From Eledone cirrhosa (lineage: Eukaryota), in the NCBI GenBank assembly GCA_964016885.1, contig OZ024743.1, positions 111,786,001-111,850,000 on the forward strand: a DNA stretch of 64,000 bases, given 5' to 3'. This document shows, piece after piece, positions 40,285 to 52,379 of this stretch. How positions within the stretch are numbered: the stretch's first letter is position 1; the number at the start of each line of letters is the position of its first letter. The translations under genes were made by a program, and so were the position numbers. The notes beneath the pieces are model-generated. The model had not been told where the DNA came from, did not search any database, and saw only the letters and a list, made by a program, of their open reading frames with translations.

Positions 40285-40659
40285 TAATGATGCGTTAGCA
40301 TGCATTCTATATCGGCCACCAGATAAAGCTGATAGATATCAGGAAAAGTTTGGATTTGAAACTTACAATTACTCTTCAAGCAGCCCAGCTCACACGGTGC
40401 ATCAAATTACGAAAGTGTAGCAAATCATTCCACCAGATTTTGAAGAAAATAGTCCGATGAATTAATGATTCTAATGCTGTGCATGCTAACTCCGATGAAA
40501 TATATAATGTAAACCATATCGATAAAATTGCATACCACCAATTGTTACATAATGATGTGACCAAATATTATCGGAATATAATAAACGACATCAACAACAT
40601 TGGATTAAAAATCACTCTGGGACTAAGTATCCTAATGTTGAAAACCTATACCAGTCTTA

Positions 40660-40940
40660 TCTATTGACCTATATACGATCTAGTTGAGTCTACCCGGTTG
40701 GTCCATGTCCACACAGGCGCATTAGCGAAATCTAGTTGCTTCCTGTCAAACAGTTTGAACAGGCTGATGAGGTAATTGAGGTTTTGCTAACCCAGCTCTT
40801 ATCTGGTATTCAGGTTCTAATTCCCCGCTAACTTTAAAGGGCGTGACGATCCCAGAAAAGCTATCAGACGCCTAAAGAAGGCCGGCCGTCCAGCCGTGGT
40901 CGAGACGTAGACAGCGACCGGGCTAAGGGCACCACCCTCT
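40660..40940 (-). mobile_element. Second Tx1/L1 endonuclease remnant
   Basis: 40743-40806 and 40880-40920 resemble 12247-12310 and 12415-12455. Confidence 0.65.
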
Positions 40941-40949
40941 CTATTGTTT

Positions 40950-40995
<46 letters not shown>

Positions 40996-40999
40996 ATAC

Positions 41000-41045
<46 letters not shown>

Positions 41046-41061
41046 CATATATGTGTGTGTG

Positions 41062-41114
<53 letters not shown>

Positions 41115-41250
41115 CGTCGGATTGTACACACAGCCTGATATCGGAAGAAACTCACCGCATAGAAATAAGAAGGGATATTACAAAACTCTATTTCACCATT
41201 GAGTACTCATTCTCAAGTCGGTTCACATCAATCACACAGATGCATGGGTA

Positions 41251-41293
<43 letters not shown>

Positions 41294-42460
41294 TAGTGTG
41301 TGTATTAATACGCACACAACGGCACTTACACAATAGTAATAGTAATGCGTTATGCGTATTTCATGCCATTCGCAATGTTCATGGATTGTCTTTGATTTGT
41401 TATCATTTATTCACCTTCTTTACAGCGCTTTGTTTTATTTCACTACAAAAACGAAGCAACAACTAAGTAATGAACGAACAAGAATAAAATAATAACAGGA
41501 ATAAGAATGGAACGAACAAATAGAATTAAGAAACATGTTACCCAGCATTGAAATATTGTCAAGAGTAATTCAACATCAGCGCATCTTTTCATTATAATAT
41601 TATATCAATGTGGACAATGTTCTTTTTCTATATACGCCTGTATTTATACATGTATGTATGTATATATGTATGTATGTGTGTAAGTATGTACGTATGTACG
41701 AATGTATGTATGTATATACGTATGTATATACGTATTTAGATATGTATATGTGTTCGTGTATTAGTATGTGCATACATTTATGCTTGTATCGGTGTATATA
41801 TATTATATGCTTCAGCGTTTATATGTTTGCGTGTGTATGTGTATGCATGTGGGCATCTGTTTTACATGTATGTTTGTTCGTATGAGTTTCTGTTCGTATG
41901 AGTGTGTGTTCCTATGTGTGTGACAAGTAGTGTGTATGTTTGTAAGCTTGTTCGTGTCTCTATGTTTGTGTTACCGGTATGTAACGTATGCTCGCTTGTG
42001 GATGTTTCTACACGTGTTTATATGTGTGTGCATGTATGGCTGTTTGTATTCGTATATGTGTGTGGTTCAAGACGTAGCTTTTAACGTTGAAATCCTTTCT
42101 CTTTTGAAGAGCACAGCATTAGACAGTTTACCAAACTCGTTGTCAATGAGGAAAGGATATAAAAATATAGAAATTTCAGTGCTAAAAGGGTGTAGCAATT
42201 TCGTTTCGTCCATCTTGTAAATTGTTTCTTTTTTACCACCACCACCACACTCTCCACCGCGAATTTTGTTGCAGTTGTTGTTGTTGTTGTTTTCTTTCTT
42301 ATTATTCTTCTAATTTTTTTTATTATTGCCATCACTATAATCATCATCAATATGATAACCATCATCATTTTTATCCTTATTATTATTGTTATCTTTTATT
42401 TATATTAAGTAGCTGCAACAGCTATAACAGCGGCGGTAGTAGCAACAACAGCTGCGGGAA

Positions 42461-42490
42461 TACTACTACTACTACTACTACTACTACAAA

Positions 42491-42531
<41 letters not shown>

Positions 42532-42564
42532 ATAGTAGTAGTAGTAATGGTGGTGTTTGTGGAA

Positions 42565-42606
<42 letters not shown>

Positions 42607-42628
42607 ATGGTGGTAGTAGTAGTAGTAG
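42461..42628. repeat. (TAC)n followed by (TAG)n trinucleotide tracts
   Basis: Seen directly. It explains the poly-T, poly-S and poly-Y ORFs. Confidence 0.95.
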
Positions 42629-43029
42629 GTGTTGATATGTTTCAGCAGTTGTTTTTTGTTCGTTGTGTCATCTGACAAATTCATGCTCTCTTTTTAATGT
42701 TTTTTTTATATTTTATTTGAAATAAAAGAAAAAGGTAAAGTAAAATGTAGAAAGACCTAATAATTTTTATAGAATATGCCATCTTTGCACTTTTAATTTT
42801 TGTTGTTGTTTTTCATTTTTATTTATTTGCCTATTTATTCTTCTTTTATTGTTTTTTTATTCGCTTTAAAAAATATTATCGTTCGCTAGAATTGAAATGG
42901 AAGTAAATGGCTTTGAACATGAGCAGATCGGAACACAAAAACAACGACAGAAAATTTAACAGTACTATTAACAGCTAGAATAACCACATCTATAACAACA
43001 ACAACATATAACAACAGTAATAAGTGGGA

Positions 43030-43153
43030 GAAGAAGAAGAAGAAGAAGAAGAAGAAGAAGAAGAAGAAGAAGAAGAAGAAGAAGGAGGATGAGGAGGATG
43101 AGGGGGATCAGGAGGAGCAGGTGTAAGAAGAAGAAAAAAAAGAAGAAGAAGAA
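43030..43153 (+). repeat. (GAA)n/(GGA)n polypurine tract
   Basis: Seen directly. Confidence 0.95.
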
Positions 43154-43906
43154 ATGGCAACAAGAACAACATTAACAACATCGATGACGAAGACAATGTC
43201 GTTGAAAATAAGATATCATAACAAGATTAGCTATGTCATGTTAAATGATTACAAAAATACTATGCGTCTTTTTCATTATAAATCATTCTGGAGAGAAAAT
43301 TCAAAAACGAGCAGTTTCAAGTATCCGCTTATCCAGTGTACTGCGCCACTTTTAAGATTTTAAAAGCTCTTGCCGTTAGGGAAAAAGAGAACGATTATGT
43401 TTTGCCTCAAAATGCGCAGTAAGAAATTTACTCTTTAACATATTTAATTGTTTCCTTGTCACACTGTTACCGAATATGGACAGATTTCACTATGCCTGTC
43501 CATTAAGCTTCCTGTATATTATTCTAGGAGTGTTTATGTTTTATTTTGTTTATTTTGTATTTATTTGTGTGTGTGTGTGTGTTTTTTTTCTTTTTGTTCA
43601 TGGGCACACATGACATACTACGTTCAAGTGTAAAAGGGTTCGCATGAAATATGAAGATAGTAAAATAATACACTCATCAACACTACCACCACCAACCCAC
43701 AAAACTGATGGGGTTGATTGTAGAATTCCGCCCGGGGAAGCTGTATAAATGTATTAACTCTCACTCAGAAGGATTTTTCTCGAAAATGCTGTAACTCTAT
43801 ATGCGTCTTTAAACCCTTGGTACTGTTTGGCCGAAATTACTACCCTTTAATGAAAGTAATAATTGTTAAAATATTTCATGTGATAGATAACGTTACATTA
43901 AAACAA

Positions 43907-44744
43907 CTAGCTGGTGTACCCAGCTTCGCCCGGGTAAACAGATGATAAGAGAAGACAGGTAAAAGAGAAAATGACTGTATTAGATGTTTGTCTGATTACA
44001 GTATGAGGCGAGTCCGTGGTGTCTGTATGATACAAAAACAGTAAATTACATCTTCCAGATATACCAGATACTTCGCTGTACCGTTTGTGAAATTCTAGGT
44101 GCTCCCATCTAGAATAGTGATCTCTAGGAGATGGTTCAGCTTCTGCCTAACTGTAAAACGTGTATCATTGAATAGATGTGGTTGTTCCACGTTTCTCAAA
44201 AGGATGATGGAAGTTCCAAACTGTTATATTATATGTAGATATAGATAATTAATATAAAAGATGATGCTCAGCCAGTTCGTCTTCAACCATCGAAGCACGC
44301 CGTCGCTGCTTGGATCCAGTGTTTCGTTGGCGTTGTTCAGCCAGCTCCTCGTCATTCATGCCCGCACGTCTTCGCCTCTGAAGTTCGGCGTTCCGATGGC
44401 GCTGTTCGGCCCGTGTTGAATCATTCCTGGCTGCACGCCGTCACCGCTATAGTTCACTGTTTGATAAATGTGGAATGGCTTTTACTTTCTGTAGAACGCT
44501 GCACGCACGCACACGCACATAAATATACGCGCACGTACATACACACGCACACATGGTAATAGTTACGGCGTTCATTTTGCCTCTCTGTTTCTTACTCTCC
44601 CCTCTCACTCCCTCATAGGCAGTATGCATATTAATTTAAGTTTGGCGTCGTTGAGGTGGGCTGAGTCGTTTGAAACCTATGAACCAATGATAATCGAGAA
44701 TTATGACACTCGGAATAGTGACATTGTTGAAATTAATATATAGA
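43907..44744 (-). mobile_element. Deleted Helitron with a remnant 23-aa repeat coding segment
   Basis: Plus-strand A|CTAG at 43907 followed by hairpin TACCCAGCTTCGCCCGGGTA is the minus-strand 3' end. ATATATAGA|T at 44744 is the 5' TC end, with an alternative end at ~44245. 44264-44440 minus encodes 23-aa repeats. Confidence 0.7.
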
Positions 44745-46894
44745 TTACATATATCTAATAGTGAAAGGGGGCGAAATACAGTAGATATGAGAAATGAGAG
44801 AATGCCGGAGTAAATGCTTTCGTGTGTTTCTTCGCCTTCTTCTTTCTATAGACTGCGTCCAAATTCACTTAAGTGCATTACCTCATTACTCAATAGTATA
44901 TTGAATTTGCATTAATGTTTCAGTGTAGAGGGTTGTATATTGGTGGAGTCAGGAAAGCGTTGAATAAATGATTACATTTGTTCCTGATCTTTATTTTTTA
45001 GTTCAAATTACACTTAGATCAAATTTACCTTTCATCGTTCAGTGGTCGATAAATTAATGTAACCTTTAAGTTATTTTATTTTTAAAAACCACTTTCCCAT
45101 TTCCCCTCCCCGAATTTCAGGCCATCTGGCAACGTCCGATAGACTTATTATGTCCAGGATAAGAGTAGTAATTTGGTAGAATCATTCCGGCGTCGGACAA
45201 CATGCTTGAAACATTTAATTATGGCTTTTTTACTTTCTGGTGTCAAATCCAACCCAAATAAACATGGTATTTCATCCATGTAGGATCGATAAATTAAAGA
45301 TCCATTTACGCACTGGGATAGATATAATAGTTCTCTAATCGAATTTCTCCGTCCCTTAATCGCTGGCCTTGTGCCAAAATTATGTTCAAGGCTTACTAAG
45401 TTGTACATCAGTTTGCTTTTGTACAGTAAAATAGAGCCATATGCACAATTGGGGGGGGGGGGGGGGATTCGGGGAGTGTAAACTATATGAGTTATTTTGA
45501 CACCAGCACGTGGATGCTATTTATTTTATCGATCCTAGGAAGACAAAAAGGAAGAACAATTTAGACTGTGTTGGGATATGGACAGAAAGACACCTTTAAA
45601 AATGTCAGAACGTATTATGTAAGATTCTCTATTGTTTCTGATTATCTTTCTCATGCATACGCTAATATATTCCGTTTGTATCAATCAGTTCAAATGTTTT
45701 CGAAGTTCACTTAGTGGATTCTCCTTTGTTCTAGTCGATATTCCGTTATTCAACCGGCGGTAATACCCTCTGGTGTATGTAATTTGTAATTGAAAATAAG
45801 TTTTCAACAAACATGTGTACAATTAATACAATATGTATTTGGATCTTTGAAATAACGGGTACATTCAATCGAGATAAGCAAAACAGAAAGAAAGAAAGAT
45901 GAGAGCGCGGGGGGGGGGGGGTGTAAAGAGAATAGAATTGTTTGCTGTGCTCGTTCCGACCCTCTACAGTTAAGACCCATATGAGATTTGTGATTACTTT
46001 ATCGTTATCAAAAAGAATGAAAGACAAAGTTGATCGCGGCAGAAACTGAAATCGGAGTATTGTGAAAGGAATCTAATACCACAAGGCATACTAGTCGATG
46101 CTCCAAATTATTATTTCATTAGCATCTGAATTCAGATCGCAAAGAGCTTGGGCGATTGCCGCAATGCAATCTCCCGACGCTCCTAGGCAAAAGGTTGCTC
46201 CACTTTTGAGGTTGACTGAACCATATACTCATGATATAAATATATTACATCAATCAACTATTGCAGCTGGCTTCAAACCATACAATAAATTCTAAGATCG
46301 AGCTATCACGACTCAGCTAAAAGGTTCTCCGATCAATGAATGCCATTTTTCTCTCATATTTTCAAACAGGAAGGAAAACAAAAACAATGTTCGTGAACAA
46401 GATTCTTGAGTCAGTAGCGAATTGACTAATTTTCGACATGTTTTCCTGAGCGTCAGATCAACTGTGATTGAAAATATGTACGAGTAAATGTATCACAGCT
46501 GTGACCACGGTGTATTGTTTATGTTTAGAAATATATTGTACAATATATTCTTCCTCCTATAAGATGGTAGCATGAAATTTGATAGTGGTTAGCTGTAATT
46601 TCTAGCAAAAATGTTGGCCTACTGGTAGTTATTGTAAAAATCTATAATAATTTATCTGTCGGTACGGTTGACTGATGAGATGGTTGTTCCTCACTTACAG
46701 CCCATATTTTACGAAACACGGCTTCCAAGACCAAGGACTATATCATATTATTTGTCATTTAACCCATTAGAAAAATGTGGCTGTTAAAATACACATTGTC
46801 ATTACATGAAATATATATAAATGATTGTGGGAATATGTGTACTTAGGGGAATCTATTCATGTATGTGCGTATGTATATATATATGTATGTGTGT

Positions 46895-46992
46895 CGGGTG
46901 TCCCAAAGAATGTATACACACGTTCATTACCTGTACAGACAATATTTATTAGAATGCTGTTGAAGTCTGCATACATTTTTTGGGGACATCCT
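46895..46992. mobile_element. Tc1/mariner-type MITE
   Basis: Imperfect TIRs GGGTGTCCCAAAGAATGTAT / ATACATTTTTTGGGGACATCC, followed by TA. Confidence 0.65.
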
Positions 46993-48366
46993 ATATACAG
47001 ATGGAGTGGCAAAGTATGAAAGAAAATGAAGGGAGAAGTAGGTGGGGGCGAAATGTGGCAGAGGTTGTGACAGAACTGCGCAAACCGTGTTGGCTATACG
47101 AATGTGTTTGACAGTAATTATAGAAAAATAACGAAGCTATTGTGTACGGTTAATCCAACATATTGTCATTGCTCTTCATTATCAAGCCGGCCGATGTGAA
47201 GGGAATGAACTAAGTTTAGCAACGCACAATACTGCCCATTAAAAAAAATTGCGTTAAAATTGAATCCTAGAGTTTTACTGTGCTACAGTATAATGATTCG
47301 TCACACTATAATATCTTCACTATTTCGTAATCTCTATTGGTATGCTTGAATGTGACATTCTCATTTTCTTCATTTCTGCTGGTTACAAATCAACAACGCG
47401 GGTGGTACATTTGGAATAGAAAATGTTGCCACGTGGCGCTGATTGCATTTTACAGAAACGATTTGCTTGCAGGTTACCGAAAGTTGCTAGCATGCTGGGA
47501 AAGTTGTTGAGGTGTAATTTCTCTACTCACTGTATCATTTATGGTTTCTAAATGAAACTTAAACTAATGTATGGCATTTTTTTTTATTTCGGTTACTGCT
47601 GTTGTTTATTTCTATTATTCATTAAAACTAATTATTTAGTTATTTATTCTTTATTTATTTGTAGAAGTGGGTGTTTCTCGAATATTTTTTCACGCTCTCC
47701 AATGCAGTCCTCGAAATGTAAACATTTTTAGTTGCCAGGTGGTTCAAAGAATTGGAAGCATTGACTAACTAGCATTAAGACCATTTCACTGAAATTAATT
47801 TCATCAAGCAGTAAGGTTTAATGGATTTTATTTTTATCAAAGGATCAGTGTTTAAAACACCCTAACAAAATCGATGAATATTATGGCAGTAAAGTATAAG
47901 GATTTGGTTTTAAATATTGTTATTATTATTGCTGTTATGAGTTTTCAAAAATTTCATATGAAATTTTAAATTCAACTCCAGGTGCACATCTCTGTTCCTT
48001 AGGTGTGTGCAGCATTGTCATTCTGGGGTGAGGGAAGCTCTTTGCGTTACATTTAATTCATTGAATTATGTTGCTTTTCTTTTTTGTTTCTTTTTTTTCC
48101 CTTTGCTGGATGTCGAATGTTTTTAGATATTTTTAGTATATTTTAGAATTTTTTTAGATGTTTTTCGGAATGAAATGAGTAGAATATGTTATTTATCCAT
48201 GACTTCATAGAATCGCATTAGTGATGAAGAATGCACGGGAAAACTTGTACGGATATTTATTACATTGTGTGTAAATATGTCAGCCCTTGTATGCTTCTTT
48301 AATATTTCCCCTTATATTCAGTATATAGTGAATGGATTATTAATATGATACGTGAATTTCTACATG

Positions 48367-48403
<37 letters not shown>

Positions 48404-48414
48404 AAGGGTAAAGA

Positions 48415-48685
48415 AAAGATTCTCATCCGAGGATCAAGCCCGGGTAAGAATGTTAGTGGATGACCAGCAGTCGCCGATACATACCGGTCTCCCCTCTCAA
48501 CACCACCTATGTTTTCCTGGGGAAAAACAATGACCAATACAGCTTGTCACCAGTGACGTAGAAACTTATTTCTACAACTGAGTAACCTGGAGCAACGTGA
48601 AATAAGTGCCATGCTCAAGGACGCAACGCATAATCTGTTATGAGAATCAAACTCTCAAAGTCCTGCTTGCAAGCCCAACAATCTA
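48415..48685 (-). mobile_element. Diverged SINE of a second family
   Basis: Minus strand: GAGTTTGATTC (B-box-like), then GTCCTTGAGCATGGCACTTATTTCACGTTGCTCCAG, resembling a conserved SINE central domain. Confidence 0.55.
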
Positions 48686-48699
48686 GGAAAACCGTAAAC

Positions 48700-49395
48700 A
48701 TTTCTAGCCTCTAGTGGAAAAGTTGGGGTATTCACCAAGAATTTTGCGACTCATTCCAACATCTTGATGAAGGCATGAATGCTGACGTGTTCATTGGTGG
48801 CTGATTATCAGACCGTTTTGCTTTCAGAGTCAGCGTAAAAAGATGGTATGTATTAGCTCTTTCAGCCTCTTCTTCATGGCCTTTACTCTCCGCGCGGGGT
48901 GAACTCTATCCTGCAATGAAATCACGGCCGTTTAACATCCATTCAATCTAGAAGTTAACACAAAATGTAAAATCTAAAATGGTTTCCATTCACAACCTGA
49001 GGTTACCTCTTTGTTAATCTACCTCGGACCCATACAGTCTAACAGCTGCTTTATGGATGTGGAGTTTTATTATTGATTACAAAAGACATCTGCAGATTTC
49101 GGTTGATTTCGAACCATTGTTCTGCAGCAGAGATCTGACAATTAAGACGAAGCTTGCTATGCATCAGGACAAAACTTTATCCGTTATTTTATATAGTCCG
49201 GAAACCTGGGAGGTTTACTGCAAGGTCCTGACAATTCTTGAATCCTTTCACGTTAAGTGTCTGCAACGCATGCTTGGCGGCGTCTCGTCGGAAGTTGGGT
49301 TTCCACATCAAACTATCTTTGAACGATGCAACTCCTTTAGAATTGAATACCATATTGTCAAGACTCAACTTCGCTGGATTGGTCATCTCACCAGT
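48700..49395 (+). mobile_element. RTE-clade LINE RT remnant
   Basis: TIKTKL...LSVILYSPETW...ESFHVKCLQRMLG...QLRWIGHL, with decayed RT sequence upstream. Confidence 0.8.
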
Positions 49396-50289
49396 AAGAA
49401 TACGCTCCTAGCATAGAAAAAGAAAAATATTTACTAACCGTACATAATCATTTTCAGCTCTGATAAGTGTTATGCACATTAAACATTTATTTTTAGTTGC
49501 ATTTGTGCGTCACAAATCATCGCTTTGCCTCTAGGATTTTCATGTTATTTCGTACGACCATTATATCATAACCCAATTAATACGATTATTACAAATCTGC
49601 CATAAGACTTGTGACTAAGTTACAAATGTTCACGTTGACGTTATAACCACTAGATATTAGTAGTTTACAATTCACAATATGTACCTTAGTCGTCATGGTG
49701 AACTAAATTATAATATTAGATTCTTTCTAGTACCTACGATGTTGCTGTTCTGTAATTATCATTGCACATGGGAAATTTCATTGCAGTTGCTTGTACTACA
49801 AATCAGAATCTGTCGATATGAAACAGAAATATTTATCGATAATCAATTCCATAAACCTATTTTAAGAACGAGACTTTTAAACGAATCTATAAAGATGATA
49901 AATATATGCATTAAGATAAATTTCAGGTTAGAAGAGAAGCTGAAATATACTAAATTGATCGATTAATATCGTAACGATAGCATTATGAAGAAGTTCTGTT
50001 TGTAACCATGAAATATGCCTCTAACATTCCTTTCGGAGGCCTCAGTCATGTGGCAAATGTAGTAAAAGCCTCGATATCAAAGTCAGACATCAAACATTAC
50101 TGTAGATCTTACGTCTAAAACCACATGACTAAACGTACAAATGTTACACGACAACTAGCTTTAAAATTTGTACTGGTAACTGTTGTTGAATAGTTGATAC
50201 ATCAGTCATATGGAATATTAGAAGTGTGCTTCAATTTCGAGTAGAAAAAATGAATGACACTTAAAATTACACTACAGTCGGCTAGAATT

Positions 50290-51150
50290 TGCAAACGTCA
50301 TGGTATTACTTAACACGACAGAAGGTGATCTCGGACTTGCAATTGATAGGTTTCATACCGTGTGCTATATGGATGAATGAAAATCAGTGCTGCGAAGTCT
50401 AAGTCACTCGTCCTCGCAAAGAAGCCTGCGCAGTGCAATCTACATGTGAATGGAATACAACAGAAGCAAGTGGAGAGCGGGAAGTTTCACACGGCCTCGT
50501 TCATGAGTGATGAAAGACAGTTGGCTGAATTAAGTGAAAGGATTGCAGAAACTAGCCAAGTAATATGCCAGCTTCAGCTTTTCGCAATCAGAAGAAGGGA
50601 AGTAGATATAAAAGCCAAACTTGCTGTCTTCAATTCGTATTTGTGTCAGCTCTTACCTCTCTTGATGAATCTGGGTAATTACCGAAATAATACCAACGCG
50701 AATACAAGTGTCCGAAATGAGGTTTCTCCGAATTATACTTGAAGTAACGTTACTCGATAGAGTGCGTAACTCGTAGATAAGAGGGTCGCCTTTCACCGAA
50801 TTGAGAGAGCACAGCTCCGATACTTCAGGCATGTGGTTAGAATATCTCAGGAAAGAATTGCTGGACAGATTTTACGAGCAAAACCAACTGGCAAGAGACA
50901 CAACGGTAGATCACAAGCAAGATGGCTGGAAAACATCCGTCATCTCGGATGGTCTCACTTGGCGATCCAGCCGGGTCGACTGGAAACAGTTGTTTGTGAA
51001 AGGACCCGCTAGAAGGAATGATTGAAGAACTTGTCCCCACGACCCTCTCAGGAATAAGTGGGCGTAGAAGAACAAAAAGAAAAAGAAAAAAAGAAGAAGA
51101 AGAAGAAGAAGAAGAAGAAGAAGAAGAAGAAGAAGAAGAAGAAGAAGAAG
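50290..51150 (+). mobile_element. RTE-like LINE 3' remnant with (GAA)n tail
   Basis: MKISAAKSK..., KAKLAVFNS, QLRYFRHVVRISQERIAGQILRAKPTGKR..GR..ARW in broken frames. (GAA)n at 51092-51150. Confidence 0.75.
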
Positions 51151-51402
51151 CTCGTAATGATAATTTGTTGGAGAATTTAGCTGCTATTTCTAAAAGTTCG
51201 AACGATTAAATAGACGACTAAATAGATGATTAAGTATGCCTCTGTGTGTTTACTCAGTGTGTTAAGATACACTTATAAGTAGTGGTTTAAAGAGTAGGAG
51301 CTGTACCAGGATAATTTTGGAGGTGTCGTCTAATATGTATCGTACGTGAGTTTTGTAGAATAGCACCAACTTGTAATATATTTCGCCATTGAATATATTG
51401 CG

Positions 51403-51520
51403 GTGCAAACATCTGATATTCTGAGTCCTCGCAAGAGTGAACCCCGTGAGTTGGAACGACTATTTCAACACATCTCTCTCGCTAGCTTCCGGGTAACGCT
51501 TACACTATTCTATCCACTTC
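51403..51520 (+). mobile_element. Second CRE-like C-terminal remnant
   Basis: EPRELERLFQHISLASFR, then (frameshift) GNAYTI. Homologous to 4815-4979. Confidence 0.6.
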
Positions 51521-52086
51521 AAACACGAGAAGACAGAGACTTGGAGCTCTACACGTTGCAAAGGTTGAGTACTCGAGTGGAGAAGCATAACAACGTTTCA
51601 TATACTAGTTCCTGCTTTTATCGTGTGGTTACTACATACACAGATATATGCATACTCAAGACTCTACTAAGCAACTGAAGCAGATGAGAATATGTTTTAG
51701 GGTGTTTTGAATATCCCTCTTCTTTAGAAAATAGGAAAATGTTAAACATAAATGGATTCGCTCTCTGAAGTCATCAAATATTTAGAAACACATCAGTTAT
51801 CATGACATTTAGGACAGTACTTCTGCATTGTTTATGTCTAAAGACTGCGAGTACAATAACGTTTCCATAAAATGTGTAGCGTCAGTGGCATATGTTGTTG
51901 AAATTTATTGTTTTCACGTCCTATTTGTTGCATTGTCATAATGCATAGAGTTAGAATTATGGAAGTTATTAGAAGAAGCATGGGATACAGCAAAGTTGAT
52001 AAATTTGATTAAAGTTTGACTGATGACATATGCTACAATAGACGATTCTGGAAATACAATTTTGATTCATCAATTTAGAAAGTTAC

Positions 52087-52128
<42 letters not shown>

Positions 52129-52379
52129 ATAGTGGTAGTAGTTATTGTTGTAGTAGTAGTAGTATATTTGCTGTTGTTATCGTTGATAAACAGTACTGAA
52201 TATTCCCTATCCCGGGGTTTTCTTGTGTGTAGAACACCCAGACTGTAGAGAGTGTTTGGCTAGCTTTAGCAGCTAATTCTTGCAGGCTCCCTATATAAGA
52301 AATTCTCCGTCGTATCATCACACGTTGTCATATCTTCTTCAAAGGCTCAACGTGTCTGACAGAATTTGTTTTTGTTCTA

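Noticed and set aside
40764-40775. CTGATGAG
   Set aside because: It lies in a LINE endonuclease remnant, with no GAAA partner.
42222-42635. His/Cys/Ser-rich 137-aa ORF
   Set aside because: It is built from trinucleotide microsatellites and has no domain or splice support.
46672-46730. CTGATGAG...CGAAAC possible hammerhead
   Set aside because: No NUH site after stem III and no stem I pairing.
47460-47815. Possible small host exons (AG...GT segments)
   Set aside because: No recognisable coding frame. Such signals are common by chance and would need RNA-seq support.
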